From positions 310,001 to 374,000 of the forward strand of contig JAHLTZ010000016.1 of assembly GCA_025786725.1 (NCBI GenBank): a stretch of DNA of 64,000 bases, written 5' to 3'. This DNA is from Syncephalis fuscata S228 (lineage: Eukaryota; Fungi; Zoopagomycota). Made by a program: the position numbers and the translations under genes. Shown piece by piece: positions 13,795 to 25,222 of the stretch. Position 1 is the stretch's first letter. Every line of letters begins with the position of its first letter. The notes beneath the pieces were generated by a model that saw only the letters and a program-made list of their open reading frames with translations, did no database searches and was not told the DNA's origin.

Positions 13795-14656
13795 TCTTTC
13801 TATTACCGATACGATCTGTGCGGCAATAGTTTTCAACGCCAACGTAAGCTGACGCTCTTCCTTCTACCTTCCTACCTTGCTGCCTTCCTTCACCTTCCTA
13901 CCTTGCTATTTTACTACTCCTTTTCTCCGACCCTATCACCATTGTTGTGCTATTTTTGCCTACACGCCCCTTCCAATTACCGACGAAATACCTTTTGTGA
14001 ATCTATTTTTAGCTTTGTGCCCCCTATTTTTGGAACAATTCGCTCGCTGTGCGACTACATAACCACTGACTAAAGTGTGATCCACGACTCGATCAGCACC
14101 TTATAACAAATACGCACACACTTACCACTCTGTCGCAGCCTATTTGATCTATCGATCCATAGCTCTATAGCCACGACCATACTGTCGTTGTTGTATCTTT
14201 TACTCCGCTGCCATTGTTATTCACTTACGTCTCCACGTGTGTATCTTTTGATTTTGCCTGTTCGTGTAGCCGGCCTGCCATTCACAGTTTTAAATATTGT
14301 CGGCAAAGTTGTATTGCTATTACACACACTATTACCCGAGTTGGACATTGTCAAGCTTTGTCTTTTGTCACACTGTCTTTCTATTCCGTTTTGCAATCTA
14401 GCAATTTTGTAGCACTTGTTCCTTTATTGTTATCCATTATCATTCTTTATACGCCTGTTATTATCACTATTAACCAAGTCACACACACACACACACACAC
14501 ACACAATCACAATCACAAACAGTCATCACATTATCTGAATAGCTGCATAACTAGCCAGCCAACAATCCATTCACACTTCGTTGGCCATTCTTTTACCTAT
14601 TATTCTGATTTGACTACTACACACCGCCCTGAATCATCATCATTATTATCATCATC

Positions 14657-15614
14657 ATGAATAGCGAATTTTCTAACGCAATGATTCAAAAGTCGCTTGA
14701 TACGACGACAGAGTCGGTTGATTCGATACTGAACAACGTACTGTATTGGTGCGCGGTAGGCTACTTCCCCGCACAGTTAGAAGACTTGACTAATCAACCA
14801 CCTGTGGAACCCATTTCGCCAAATGGTTCGCCGCTATTGCAACAGCAGCAATTCGATGGACATGCTTATGAACATTTGCACTCACATTCACATTCGCATC
14901 CATCTTGCGAGCCAGCAGCCGTCAAACTGTCGCCAACCATGCCACCGTCGCCGCTATCGATGCCTGCTTCGCCGCTGACCATGAATACCGCTTGTATTAG
15001 CTTGCCAATGATTAAGCCAATTGCGGCAGGTGTACTGCCCAGTCCACAGTCGTCGCTATGCATGGAGCAACACTGCTACTCTATCGAACATTTGGCGCCT
15101 CAATCGCTCGAAATGCAGCCATCGCTTAGTTTCGACACGACAATCTCATCCGCATCCTCGTCTTGCGACTATGATACACCAAAATTCTCTGTACAGCATC
15201 GGTGTTTATGGGACGGATGTGGCCGCGAGTTCGACGTGCAGACGGACTTGCTTCGGCATTTGAGCGAAGATCATGTTGGTCGCAGCCTGCGCGGTAATTT
15301 GTGCCTTACTTGCCGTTGGCCCGGATGCTCACGTGTGGCAAAGAAGAGAGATCACATGGTCTCTCACCTAAAAAGCCATGTTCCCTTTTGGCCATTTACC
15401 TGCAAGGTGGGTTTATTTACTTTCTCAAAATGGCTATCTGCAATTAATTTGCCGACTTGCGGCCTTTTGGAAAATAACAATTATCATCATCAATACACAA
15501 TACTAATTTTTCTTTTTTGTTTGCTTCAAATAGTATTGCGGTAACCGGTTTAAGCACGCCACTGGATTGAATCGTCATATCAATCGTCATGAAATGCGTG
15601 GAGAAACTCAATAA
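14657..15614 (+). CDS. ZF-4: PacC/Rim101-like C2H2 transcription factor with C-terminal fingers (exons 14657-15406, 15534-15614)
   Basis: [51 protein letters not shown]|YCGNRFKHATGLNRHINRHEMRGETQ*. Confidence 0.88.
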
Positions 15615-18600
15615 GTGCGAGATAGAGCGCCAGGTGTACCTGCTGGTGCAAGTTATTACCGCTGTTGTTTTTACTATGACCTTGTTAGCTGTTGTCATGT
15701 TTGTAGATATGTGTAGTACTACACCAGTATTTCTGTTTTGTTTGTGTTCCCGTCGTTTGCTCGTTTGTTCTTTTTGGAGCTAATGCGCTTGTCGTCGTCC
15801 AGGTCACATCCCAAAATGGCTGTGTACTTTGGCGCGCGTGCATGTCCACTACTGCATAACCTCTCTCTCTTGTTTGTTTGCGTTTTCTAGCGCTGTCCTG
15901 TTCTTTATTCGTTCGCGTCTTATTATCTTGCCATTTCGCCACTTCGCTTTCTCTAACTTTGTTCTTTCTCGCTTTCTCTTTCTCTCTCTCTCGCCTCTTG
16001 TTCTTGTTGCTGCACTGCTATTGCCGTACTCTTACGTCCAAGACGTTTTCTAACGAACGACCATTTTTTTTCTACTACTATTGTTTTTCCGCTGGCCGGA
16101 AGTAGCAATAGTAGTACAACAACGGCCGCTTTTCGCATCGGTTATAACGATGCGCGCCCAACCTCTTTTGTGTGTGTAACTGATGACTTGTTAAGCAACA
16201 TGGCTGTTTTCACGAAAGCTAAATAGTGTGCTGGGTCATACCAGCATTTCACGAAAGTTTTGTTTCAACCATGTATTCATTTATATTGTTTTGCCGTGCT
16301 ATTTTTAATACGCGGTTTAACGGCTGTTTATTTAATTTCCTTTTTGTGACCACCAAAAAATAGCAGCAATGTATTTTTCTATTTTTTGCAAATCTGTTTA
16401 CGACAATTGCTTTTTCTTTTTTATTTCAACCAACATATGAGTACAACTATTTTTGCCTCTAAAACTACACTACTATTGATGGCAATAGCAGGTCAGACGC
16501 TTTGTCAATTTTTTTGTTTACACAATTTGTTTAAAAAAAGTATATACATTTTCAACAATTTATATTCAGTATTTTTTGTTTAAGTGAATTTATTATTTAG
16601 TTTTATAATTATTTAATAGTATATTAAATTTAAAAAAGGCACAAATTAAATCATTTTTAGTTTTATTATTATTGTTACGATGTAATATTATTGACATAAA
16701 TATACTGTCGTCTAGCTTGAGAAATGATAGATTTATAGTATAAAATCATTTGTAAATCTATTGTGGGTATGTGAATCAAGCTTCTTTAATTGTATCTATT
16801 TGGGACGATCAGCTACAAAGTAACACGGAATAGGCAGTTAATAGTACCACACGTTATTTTATAGATATTTGTCTGTTAGTTTCTGCCTAATTCAATGTGG
16901 TTAAGCTATCCCATGATATTCTTGCATTGATTCTTCCACATGCATGTGCGTGAGAGAACAAAACGAAAAAATAAACACATGCAGTAACAAAAACACAACT
17001 ATTGCGGTGCTGCAAATAGCCATTTACTTTTATGTCCGTCCACTCCGATACTGCAATTTATTTAATTATCGTCTACACTCATCTTATCCTTGCATAATGC
17101 CGACTCTATCACCTGATGGACCATTATGCTGTTGGCCTTTGCTTCATCATTATTGGCATTATTGACTAGCTATTGGCCTACTATGTGTTTTATGTGTGTA
17201 CATGTGTATGTGTGTGTACATGTGTACCATTGCGTTGCCGTGTCACTCTATCATTCCATCATTAATAGTACACGTCTACTTTGTACCTTCAACGCCCCAA
17301 AGTACAGTTTCACTTTATTGACAAAAGTTATTATTTATTTATTTAAAGACATTGTTAAAAAATCAACTAGTAGTCTACACTTTACTATTAGTAATTATTT
17401 ACTAACTATTGACGTATTTTTAAACACTACAAAATAAATCCCTAACTATCATTTTTACTCTCTACACTTTACATATCTATATATCTCGCTGTGTTGTATT
17501 ATCTGTTTCTTATTCTTGTTCTACCCCTTCGTCGGTTAGCCACCCCTTAAAAACTTTACCATTGTCTATGGCTATTGACTCCTCGCCTACTGGTCCCACC
17601 TTGCCGTCCATTCATTCACACTAGTTACTGCAATATTCGATGCACCTTGTTGCTCATTAACCATTACTGCTTCGTATGCAATATTGTAGTCATTTCGCTA
17701 TATCTATTTATCTATATCACGCAGGCAGCGTGCAGTGTGAATAGTAGAACGACAAAAAAACAATATAGATTTTATGCAGCCATCAAGGTGGATTTGGTAA
17801 ATTATTCGCTGTCGTATCACCTACACGAGTATTATCGTCATTGTTGCTATTGTTGCTGCTGCTGCTCTGTTACGGTTGCTGCCACCATCACGGTCATCGT
17901 TGCTTTACCTTTACCTTTTGCATCCTTGATATACCTGTTCCGCCTTGCACTCAAGCCAACCTTTACGAATATTCGTAAACTCTGTTGCATAATAGTTCCG
18001 ATAATCACTAACTGTAGAGAAAACACCTGTAACAATCTCTACAATCTGCTGTGGCTATTAAGCATCTATTTTCATATTATCCACGCACGTACAACACGCG
18101 TGTTATGGTCGAGCCTTTTTCCTTTCTAATCTTTATTCATATTAAGCCACATTGGTAAATAACAACGTATCGTTGGATTGATACACACGCAGGCACGCAG
18201 GCTCTTACTCGCTCGCTCATTATCATCTCCGTTCTATTCATCTCTCGTGGCCCATCTCTGCCCACGTACTACCACATCACCATCACCATCACCATCAGTA
18301 TCACCTATTTACCAATCTATAAACGCATACGTCTGGCACACGACTACCCGCACGCACATAGGCACACAACTAGTTATCGTCCACTGATCCATCAATCTGT
18401 AACTGGTTTGACTTCTCTTCTTCTTTACTTCTCTCGCTTGCTCACTTTGCTATTTGAGTATCGGTTGGCCACAGCTCGTTCGTTAGTCAGTCTACCTCAA
18501 CCTCAACCTCAACCTCTCTCTTTCGCTCTATTTTACTCACCCACTCGCTCACACTCTTCTTCTCCTTTTGCGTCGACTGTGTAAACGAGCATTACTCGCT

Positions 18601-19284
18601 TACTCATCTCTGTTATTTGTCGTTTGTTGTCGGTGGTCACCTTATTTGCTCTTGCTATCACTCGTTATTTACGCACGTTGCCACACTAAGCCACTGATCA
18701 TCATTGGCCATTTCTTTCATTACGTCCTGTATTTGGCTGGCTAGCTTATTAGATTGCTTTTTGCTTACTTGTCGGGTATCGTAGACACATATCACCAAAA
18801 ACTATCGAATATATGAAGGTGTGAAGTGCCTGCTTCATCATTCTCCGCACTTTGCTCCATTACTATATTCGTTAATAGGGCACAGCATTTTGGTCGCTTT
18901 TATCCGGCTCCGCTCTTGGAAAAACGCCACCGCTGCCGCTGAGCAATAACAACGACATACTCTCTTTACTAGGTCATCATTCTTTTGTTTTCACACATCA
19001 TTTGTTACATCCAGTGCTCGTCTCTATATACATCTTGGCCGCACTAAATAGTCGCGCCTTCTTGAACACCAACCGGTTTATTCAAGCAACAGCTAATTAT
19101 TTCTACCACCAACTACTGCGGAAAAACGCATATATATTCATATAGAATATCTGCATTCCATATATCTCGTTGCCTTTGGCCTCGTATCTATATTTGTTTG
19201 TTTGCGCGCTATCGCTTGGCCTGTGTTCTCGCCTAGTTTACTATCATCTAATTGCAATTCTGCCTGCTACAGAACTTTAGCATT

Positions 19285-21950
19285 ATGGACAACACTGTTG
19301 CCGGACCAGGCATGCTGTCCTTGTCGCTTCGTCCTCTTAACGAGGATAGTCAGCAGCTGGCCTGTCGCTGGCGTGGATGCCAGGATGGAAATCGTCTATT
19401 TTGTCCACAGTCGTTGTATGACCATCTTTGTCAGGCTCATGCCAGTAGTTCCTATGCTGCATTGGGTCTAGCACAGGATTTGTCTGTCGGCAATGGTAGC
19501 GCTGTGGATGGTGATGGCAAAACAGGTGACATTGGCGAAGGTGTAGCTTGTCTATGGGAAGGTTGCCAATATCGCTGCAAGAGTAAAAAACGCCATCACA
19601 TGAACAGCCATTTGCGTAGTCATGTGCCACTGTCCCCATTTCAATGTCATGTAAGTGGTTTGAATAATGTATATTACTGAATTTTACGTTAATTTTAATT
19701 TTAATTTTAATACCAATTAATTTATTGTCTTGGGCATCAATATCATATAGATTTGTGCTGTTACATTTAAATGGAAGTCAGATCTTACTAAACATCTCCG
19801 ACGCCAGCACGATATTACTGGCCCGGCTGCCAACCAGGCCATGTCTGCCGAAGACAATGCTCTAGAGACCGGTTCAATGATGTCCGATGAAATGGACTTT
19901 GCCTCAGTGCCTAGTATGGGCATGCAAGAAGATGTACGATATGATCCGTTGTTCAGCCAACAATGTAAGCAATAGCATATTAGATAGTAATTTGAAGCTA
20001 TACTATTATTACAATTATCCATTATAATATGTATACTTACATATTATGATTATAGTGCAGGCAAATATGGCGGCTGTGGCTGCTGCGGCTGTGGCTGCCA
20101 ATAACAACAATGGTATGTCTATTAATGGACAGCATGGTAATGAGATGGATGCTGCGCAGCTACAAGCGAGCCGAGAACGTTCAATCTCGGTATTACAACA
20201 CTTTATTCAAGTTGTACGTGAAGGTCGCCTTCAGCCACATTCAAATGATCCTGGTAAGCAGTCTAATTAGCGCAATGCCTAGTTGTTATATTTCAATCAT
20301 TTATGATATCAATCATTACTTATACGCTATATGCATTTTTTAGCACTAGCAGTATGGAGCGAAGAATTATCTAAATTAGATCTTGCTACAATTAAACCAT
20401 TGTTAGCAAGTAATCCAGATGCACTTCAAATTATTGAAAGCTTTTTGGATGTAATGAATGTAGAGTCTGGTAGGTTATTATAGTGTGATTTAAATCATTA
20501 ATTTACACATAGCATGGCTGAAATGACACATGATGACGAATACTTACTAATAATACATCTACAATGTTGACAGGCCACGTTGCTGTTAAGAATGAAATGT
20601 CGACCTCGCCACAGCCTGTACCAATGATGGATAGCATGTCCTTCCTTGGACATAACAATGTTAGTCCATCTGTACCTTCTAACGACAAAAGTATTACTTC
20701 ATCACCGGCTATTATGGCTGCTGATGGCTTTAATGGTGGTGTACCTCTTACAAACCCACTAAGCTCAATGGGTGGCTTATTTGCCATGGACCAGACACAG
20801 TCGATGTACTCGGCTGGTGTTACCTACCCGGCTGTCACTGCAACAAATGACCCAGCTGGCATTGCTGCTGCTGCTGCTGTCGCTGCAATGACTAACGCTG
20901 CACATCCAGCAATTTTCTCACCACCAGCTCAACATGCGCCGTTTTCGCTGCTTCAATCGCATCAAAACTCGCAGCAAGCTACTCCATCGCCGCATATGTC
21001 GTCCATGTCGCCACCAATCGATGAAAGTCTTCTATTTGGCAGCTCGATCGATAGCTCGTCCTTTGTATACTCACCACCAGCTAAAATTGACGAGGAGCCA
21101 GTGTCATCGCCAGGAGCTCCATTGATGGATGCACAAATGGCCGCTGCATCGCAACTCGATGTTGCTCAATATAATTGGTTATTAAACCAAGAGGTAAGCT
21201 ATGTGCTCGACACTATATGAATTTATCAGCAAACAGATTTTAATCAATATACTAATTATTATTTTGCATATACAGTATCCAATGGGCATTGAGTCGGCTA
21301 TGGGCGTACAGCCAAGCGAGATCTTTGGTGCCATGTCACCTACCAACATGGTAGCTCAGCAAATGGCCAACAATCCACAAGCACATATGTTCAACTGGAC
21401 TAATCAGCTCCGGCATACGAATGGTGCCGATGAACGATCACTACGCCGAGTACAATCAACACCGATGCTTGTTGAACATGCCCAGCAACGGCCAACAATT
21501 CGATCGCCAGGCTCACCTTCAATGCTACGTCCAATGAGAAGCACAGAACTACGCGCCCGAATGGTGTCGCCGTCCCGTAGTACCGAACGCGCCACACGAC
21601 CAACACAGCACGCTACAAAGGCTAGCATGTTGCGCGCCTCACAATCAGTTGATGCGCTACGTATGCACGCGGCAGTAGCAGCCGCAGCCGCAGCCGCTAA
21701 TCCAAATCCCACTATACCCGAACATGGCAATGCACCCGACTTTAGCGCTAATCCCGCGGCAATTGGCATGGTTGGCGTTAATAATCCGGTTAATCCAGCG
21801 ATACAGATGGATAAGCGAGGCAGTGGCCGCGGTCGTCTCGACACGGTTCTTCGTCGTATGCAGCAGCTAACACTACGCAATCCTACCGGTGTCACTGGTC
21901 AAGTGAAATTTAAACGATCACTTGAACGCATTCGTTGGCAGGGCCAGTAA
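19285..21950 (+). CDS. ZF-5: PacC/Rim101-like C2H2 transcription factor (exons 19285-19650, 19751-19964, 20056-20253, 20344-20469, 20574-21193, 21276-21950)
   Basis: CRWRGC..LYDHLCQAH, CLWEGC..KRHHMNSHLRSHVPLSPFQCH|ICAVTFKWKSDLTKHLRRQH. All junctions are GT-AG and phase-consistent. Confidence 0.85.
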
Positions 21951-24349
21951 TAACTTTTAAGGCCGCGCTTGATCTTACGGGCTTTCTTTAGCTCACTATA
22001 CCTATATTTATAGTAGTGCAATATGTGAACTAGACGATAACCAGGACTGATGATGCTTTTGTTCGATCCACACACAAACACAACCACTTACATACACATA
22101 CACACCGACACATACATATTTACATACACATAGATGGATAGATGGGGTATAAGATATGGATCAAACATCAGTAACACGGTTAACATTTAATGATATCGTA
22201 ATTAAGCGCGCGCACCTATTTAAACGTGTATGTGTACTTTTCGTGACATGTTATTGATCGTCCAATCGACGGATTTCTATACCATTTCTCTCTCACTCTC
22301 TCACTTATTATTACTATTTTTCTTTTTACCTTTTTGGCCTTTAGGCAAAGCAACGAACCCAGTGCGGCTATGCTTATGTCGAAGAGGCGAGTAAAGACGC
22401 TACGTCTCTCTTTGAGCATGTCGAATGGGGCTGTACCGATCGAAAGCATCTACGACGCATTTTATTTTTTATTAATACTAAAGAAATAACTAAAGTTAGT
22501 CCATCATATTATACGGTATAATAAATATGACGTTTACATAATAACGTTGCAAATGTAACTTTTATTAATACAAGTATCTATAATATAATTATTACTATTA
22601 TACACCATTATATACTATACTGAATACAATTTATTTATTATATGATTCAATACACTTTACTCGGTCTACTTATTGCAGCATATACATTATAGCGTCGACA
22701 CCACTTATCTTATTCTTCCCGTTGTATATTCAATATATTGTATGTCATTTTATTATATGCTAGTTACATAATATTTAGAGCTGCTATTAATTTGACTCTA
22801 TATCTATTAGTAATAAATGAAATAATATATATATAATATTGCCATAATACAAATTAAATAACTAAATAAAGCATCGCACATAGAAAGATTGTAAATAGAC
22901 TAATCATTACCAAAATAAAAGATCGTCATGCTGTTATATAGTAGCAGTGTTTTTACGCAACAGCTACTAACCAGGTGCAACAACCTTATTATGAATAAGC
23001 TTTAATAGCATATAAATGATATTATTGCTGACTCCTTAATTATATGTATAAAAATATAATGATAAAACACAATAAATAGAATAGACAGTACGAGTATAGT
23101 GCGTGTATAATATCGTTTATTGGCTATATTCTTAGCATATTTTTACTGAAAATAACAGCTATTGCATTTTATGTTGAATTATGGTCGAAGATATGCGTGG
23201 CAGTATAGACATATACGTCTATCATAGAGTGAATAACATATGGTCAAAATATCTCATTCTATATTACTAAAAATATGACGCACAAAAAATAATGATTTTT
23301 AAAGTTTTAGCCCATAGTCAAGGATCCAGTATAAATGAATGGATAAAGCTAAAGAACGTCATAGCATACGCACAGTTTACATTACATCATGTTTCCAGTA
23401 ATGATCATATTAGCATATAGTAATAGTAGCTCTGTATATTTAGATAGAAAACTTTGCATGGCACACACTATAGATAACATGCTGGTAGGTGTACAACCTT
23501 ACAATAAATGATGTGTGGACTAGCACTTACACGCATGATTATAACCGGTTGATATACCATGCATTGCTCCATTCCATTCAAAACTGATTACGTTTGGTGG
23601 AACTGTCTGCGGTGTGGCCCAATATTGGTATACTGCGCTATATACAATTCGGACTATTTACATTATTTTAAGACTGAGCAGTTGGCTACATTTGTGCTTG
23701 ATCGCAATAGTTTATTATAAAGCTACATATATTGGGCGGCCAGCAATTAACATTAGCAGCCAATTAAAAATGGTTTTTATATTGATTGTTTGTAGTGTTG
23801 TAATAAAACAAACAGCTCATTCTCTAAGCAATAGCCACTATGTCGGATTAAATGAGCATGTGAACCAACCAGCGTAGTTTCATAATCAAGGAACTACGGC
23901 CAGTCTGCGTGCGACAGTACGTACCTGTAAAAAGCACAAGTTCAATGCACTAGTGCTGCTACTGTACCGTTTTTATGTGCTGTTGGAAATACTTGCAGAT
24001 ATTAGGGATTGGGATTGTTAGTGAAAGCAACTGCAAAGATATAGCGATGCATCATCACTACTTTTGTAGAATCAATGGATTCAGTTTGCACCATATGGTT
24101 CAAATTGTGTAGCATCATTGTAAAAATTAATAGATAAATTTCTATCGCATGTGTACTGGCTAATTAATATTGCCGAGCAGATTGAAGTAAAGACTGGGCA
24201 GCATGATACCACATCGTTGATATGTTGGTATACGAATGCTTCAAATCACCATGTGGATGTGCTGTTATTGGTTTACATTGTACATCAATGTTATAGACCA
24301 TACAATACAGCATGTTGGTATCTTAGTATAATCACAAATTTAAATAGCT

Positions 24350-24356
24350 TATAAAA
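24350..24356 (+). promoter_or_regulatory. Candidate TATA box of the micro-exon peptide gene
   Basis: TATAAAA lies ~130 nt upstream of ATG 24485 and is followed by a C/T/A-rich leader. Confidence 0.45.
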
Positions 24357-24484
24357 TACACACAGATAGCCAGCAGTACCACTATTTTACTCTACTTTCT
24401 GCCAAATATCTACTACTACCTACTTTGCACCAAACATACTCTGTAGTTCACTCTACTTGTTTGTCTTAACAAATTAATATCATC

Positions 24485-25222
24485 ATGAGGCTTTCCCTTG
24501 CTGTCGTCTGCATCCTCGTCGTGGCCTTTGTAGTCAATACAGCCATGGTGGACGCTAACCCAAATAGAATTCGTCGTGGTATGTTACAATCAGAATAAAT
24601 ATGTTAATAATGTACCAGCTAACATTATGGTTGGACTAATGATGGTACTAGCTCGTAAGTCTTAATTATGAACTATTGCCCCAAAACTTACTGTATACTT
24701 TTATATGCATAATAAACGCGATAAATATATGTAAATAGTCGGTAAGTTTAATTATACATAATTATTGGCGTGCTAATTGATTTTGCCTATTAATTTAAAA
24801 TGGGGTGAACCAGTGCCATTGATTAGAAGTAAGTTTAGTACAAGATTGCAAGTCAAATACTACACTGAGAGTGCTAATATGCTGAATTTCCATCAATAGG
24901 AGGTAGACTAGACTAGAAATAATTAGTTGCTTATTTAACTAATAGTGTTTATATTTAATAATCTGCATCAACAGCTGGTAAGTAGCGTTGTATATTAGTT
25001 GATTATATATTAAACATGCAATACACATTATTTATACTTAATAATCTGTGTTAATAGATTGTAAGTGGTATTGTATAATAATTAGCTATCAGCTAAATGT
25101 ATATTGTGTATTGTTTTGTACTTAATAATCTGCACCAACAGTTGGTAGGTAGTATTGTATATTAATTGTTTTATACATTAATTATATGACATATGATGTA
25201 TATATTTATAAATATAGCATAA
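24485..25222 (+). CDS. Micro-exon gene for a 43-aa secreted peptide precursor (exons 24485-24578, 24652-24654, 24739-24741, 24814-24828, 24900-24902, 24975-24977, 25058-25060, 25142-25144, 25218-25222)
   Basis: Signal-peptide exon followed by eight 71-84 nt GT-AG introns, with AG-NNN-GTA micro-exons between them. The joined sequence is exactly 44 codons ending in TAA: MRLSLAVVCILVVAFVVNTAMVDANPNRIRRALVPLIRRADFA*. Confidence 0.8.

Noticed and set aside
9351-19284. Numerous 60-180 aa ORFs in intergenic regions (e.g. 10363-10749, 14214-14660, 17575-18129)
   Set aside because: They have low-complexity, microsatellite-derived or Leu/Phe/Cys-rich composition typical of non-coding leaders, with no motifs or coherent splice structure.
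24485-24598. Unspliced 37-aa ORF MRLSL...RIRRGMLQSE*
   Set aside because: Possible as a retained-intron isoform. However, it runs through a consensus GTATGT donor and does not explain the eight regularly spaced downstream intron units that end exactly in frame at TAA.
24827-24828. Alternative 2-nt exon (ttag-AA-gtaagt)
   Set aside because: The first AG after the GCTAAT branch motif is at 24812-24813. The 15-nt exon keeps phase 1 and recreates the IRRA repeat, whereas a 2-nt exon shifts the frame.
24903-25217. CRISPR-like repeat/spacer appearance
   Set aside because: The context is eukaryotic, the repeats are degenerate splice-site flanks, and there are no cas genes.
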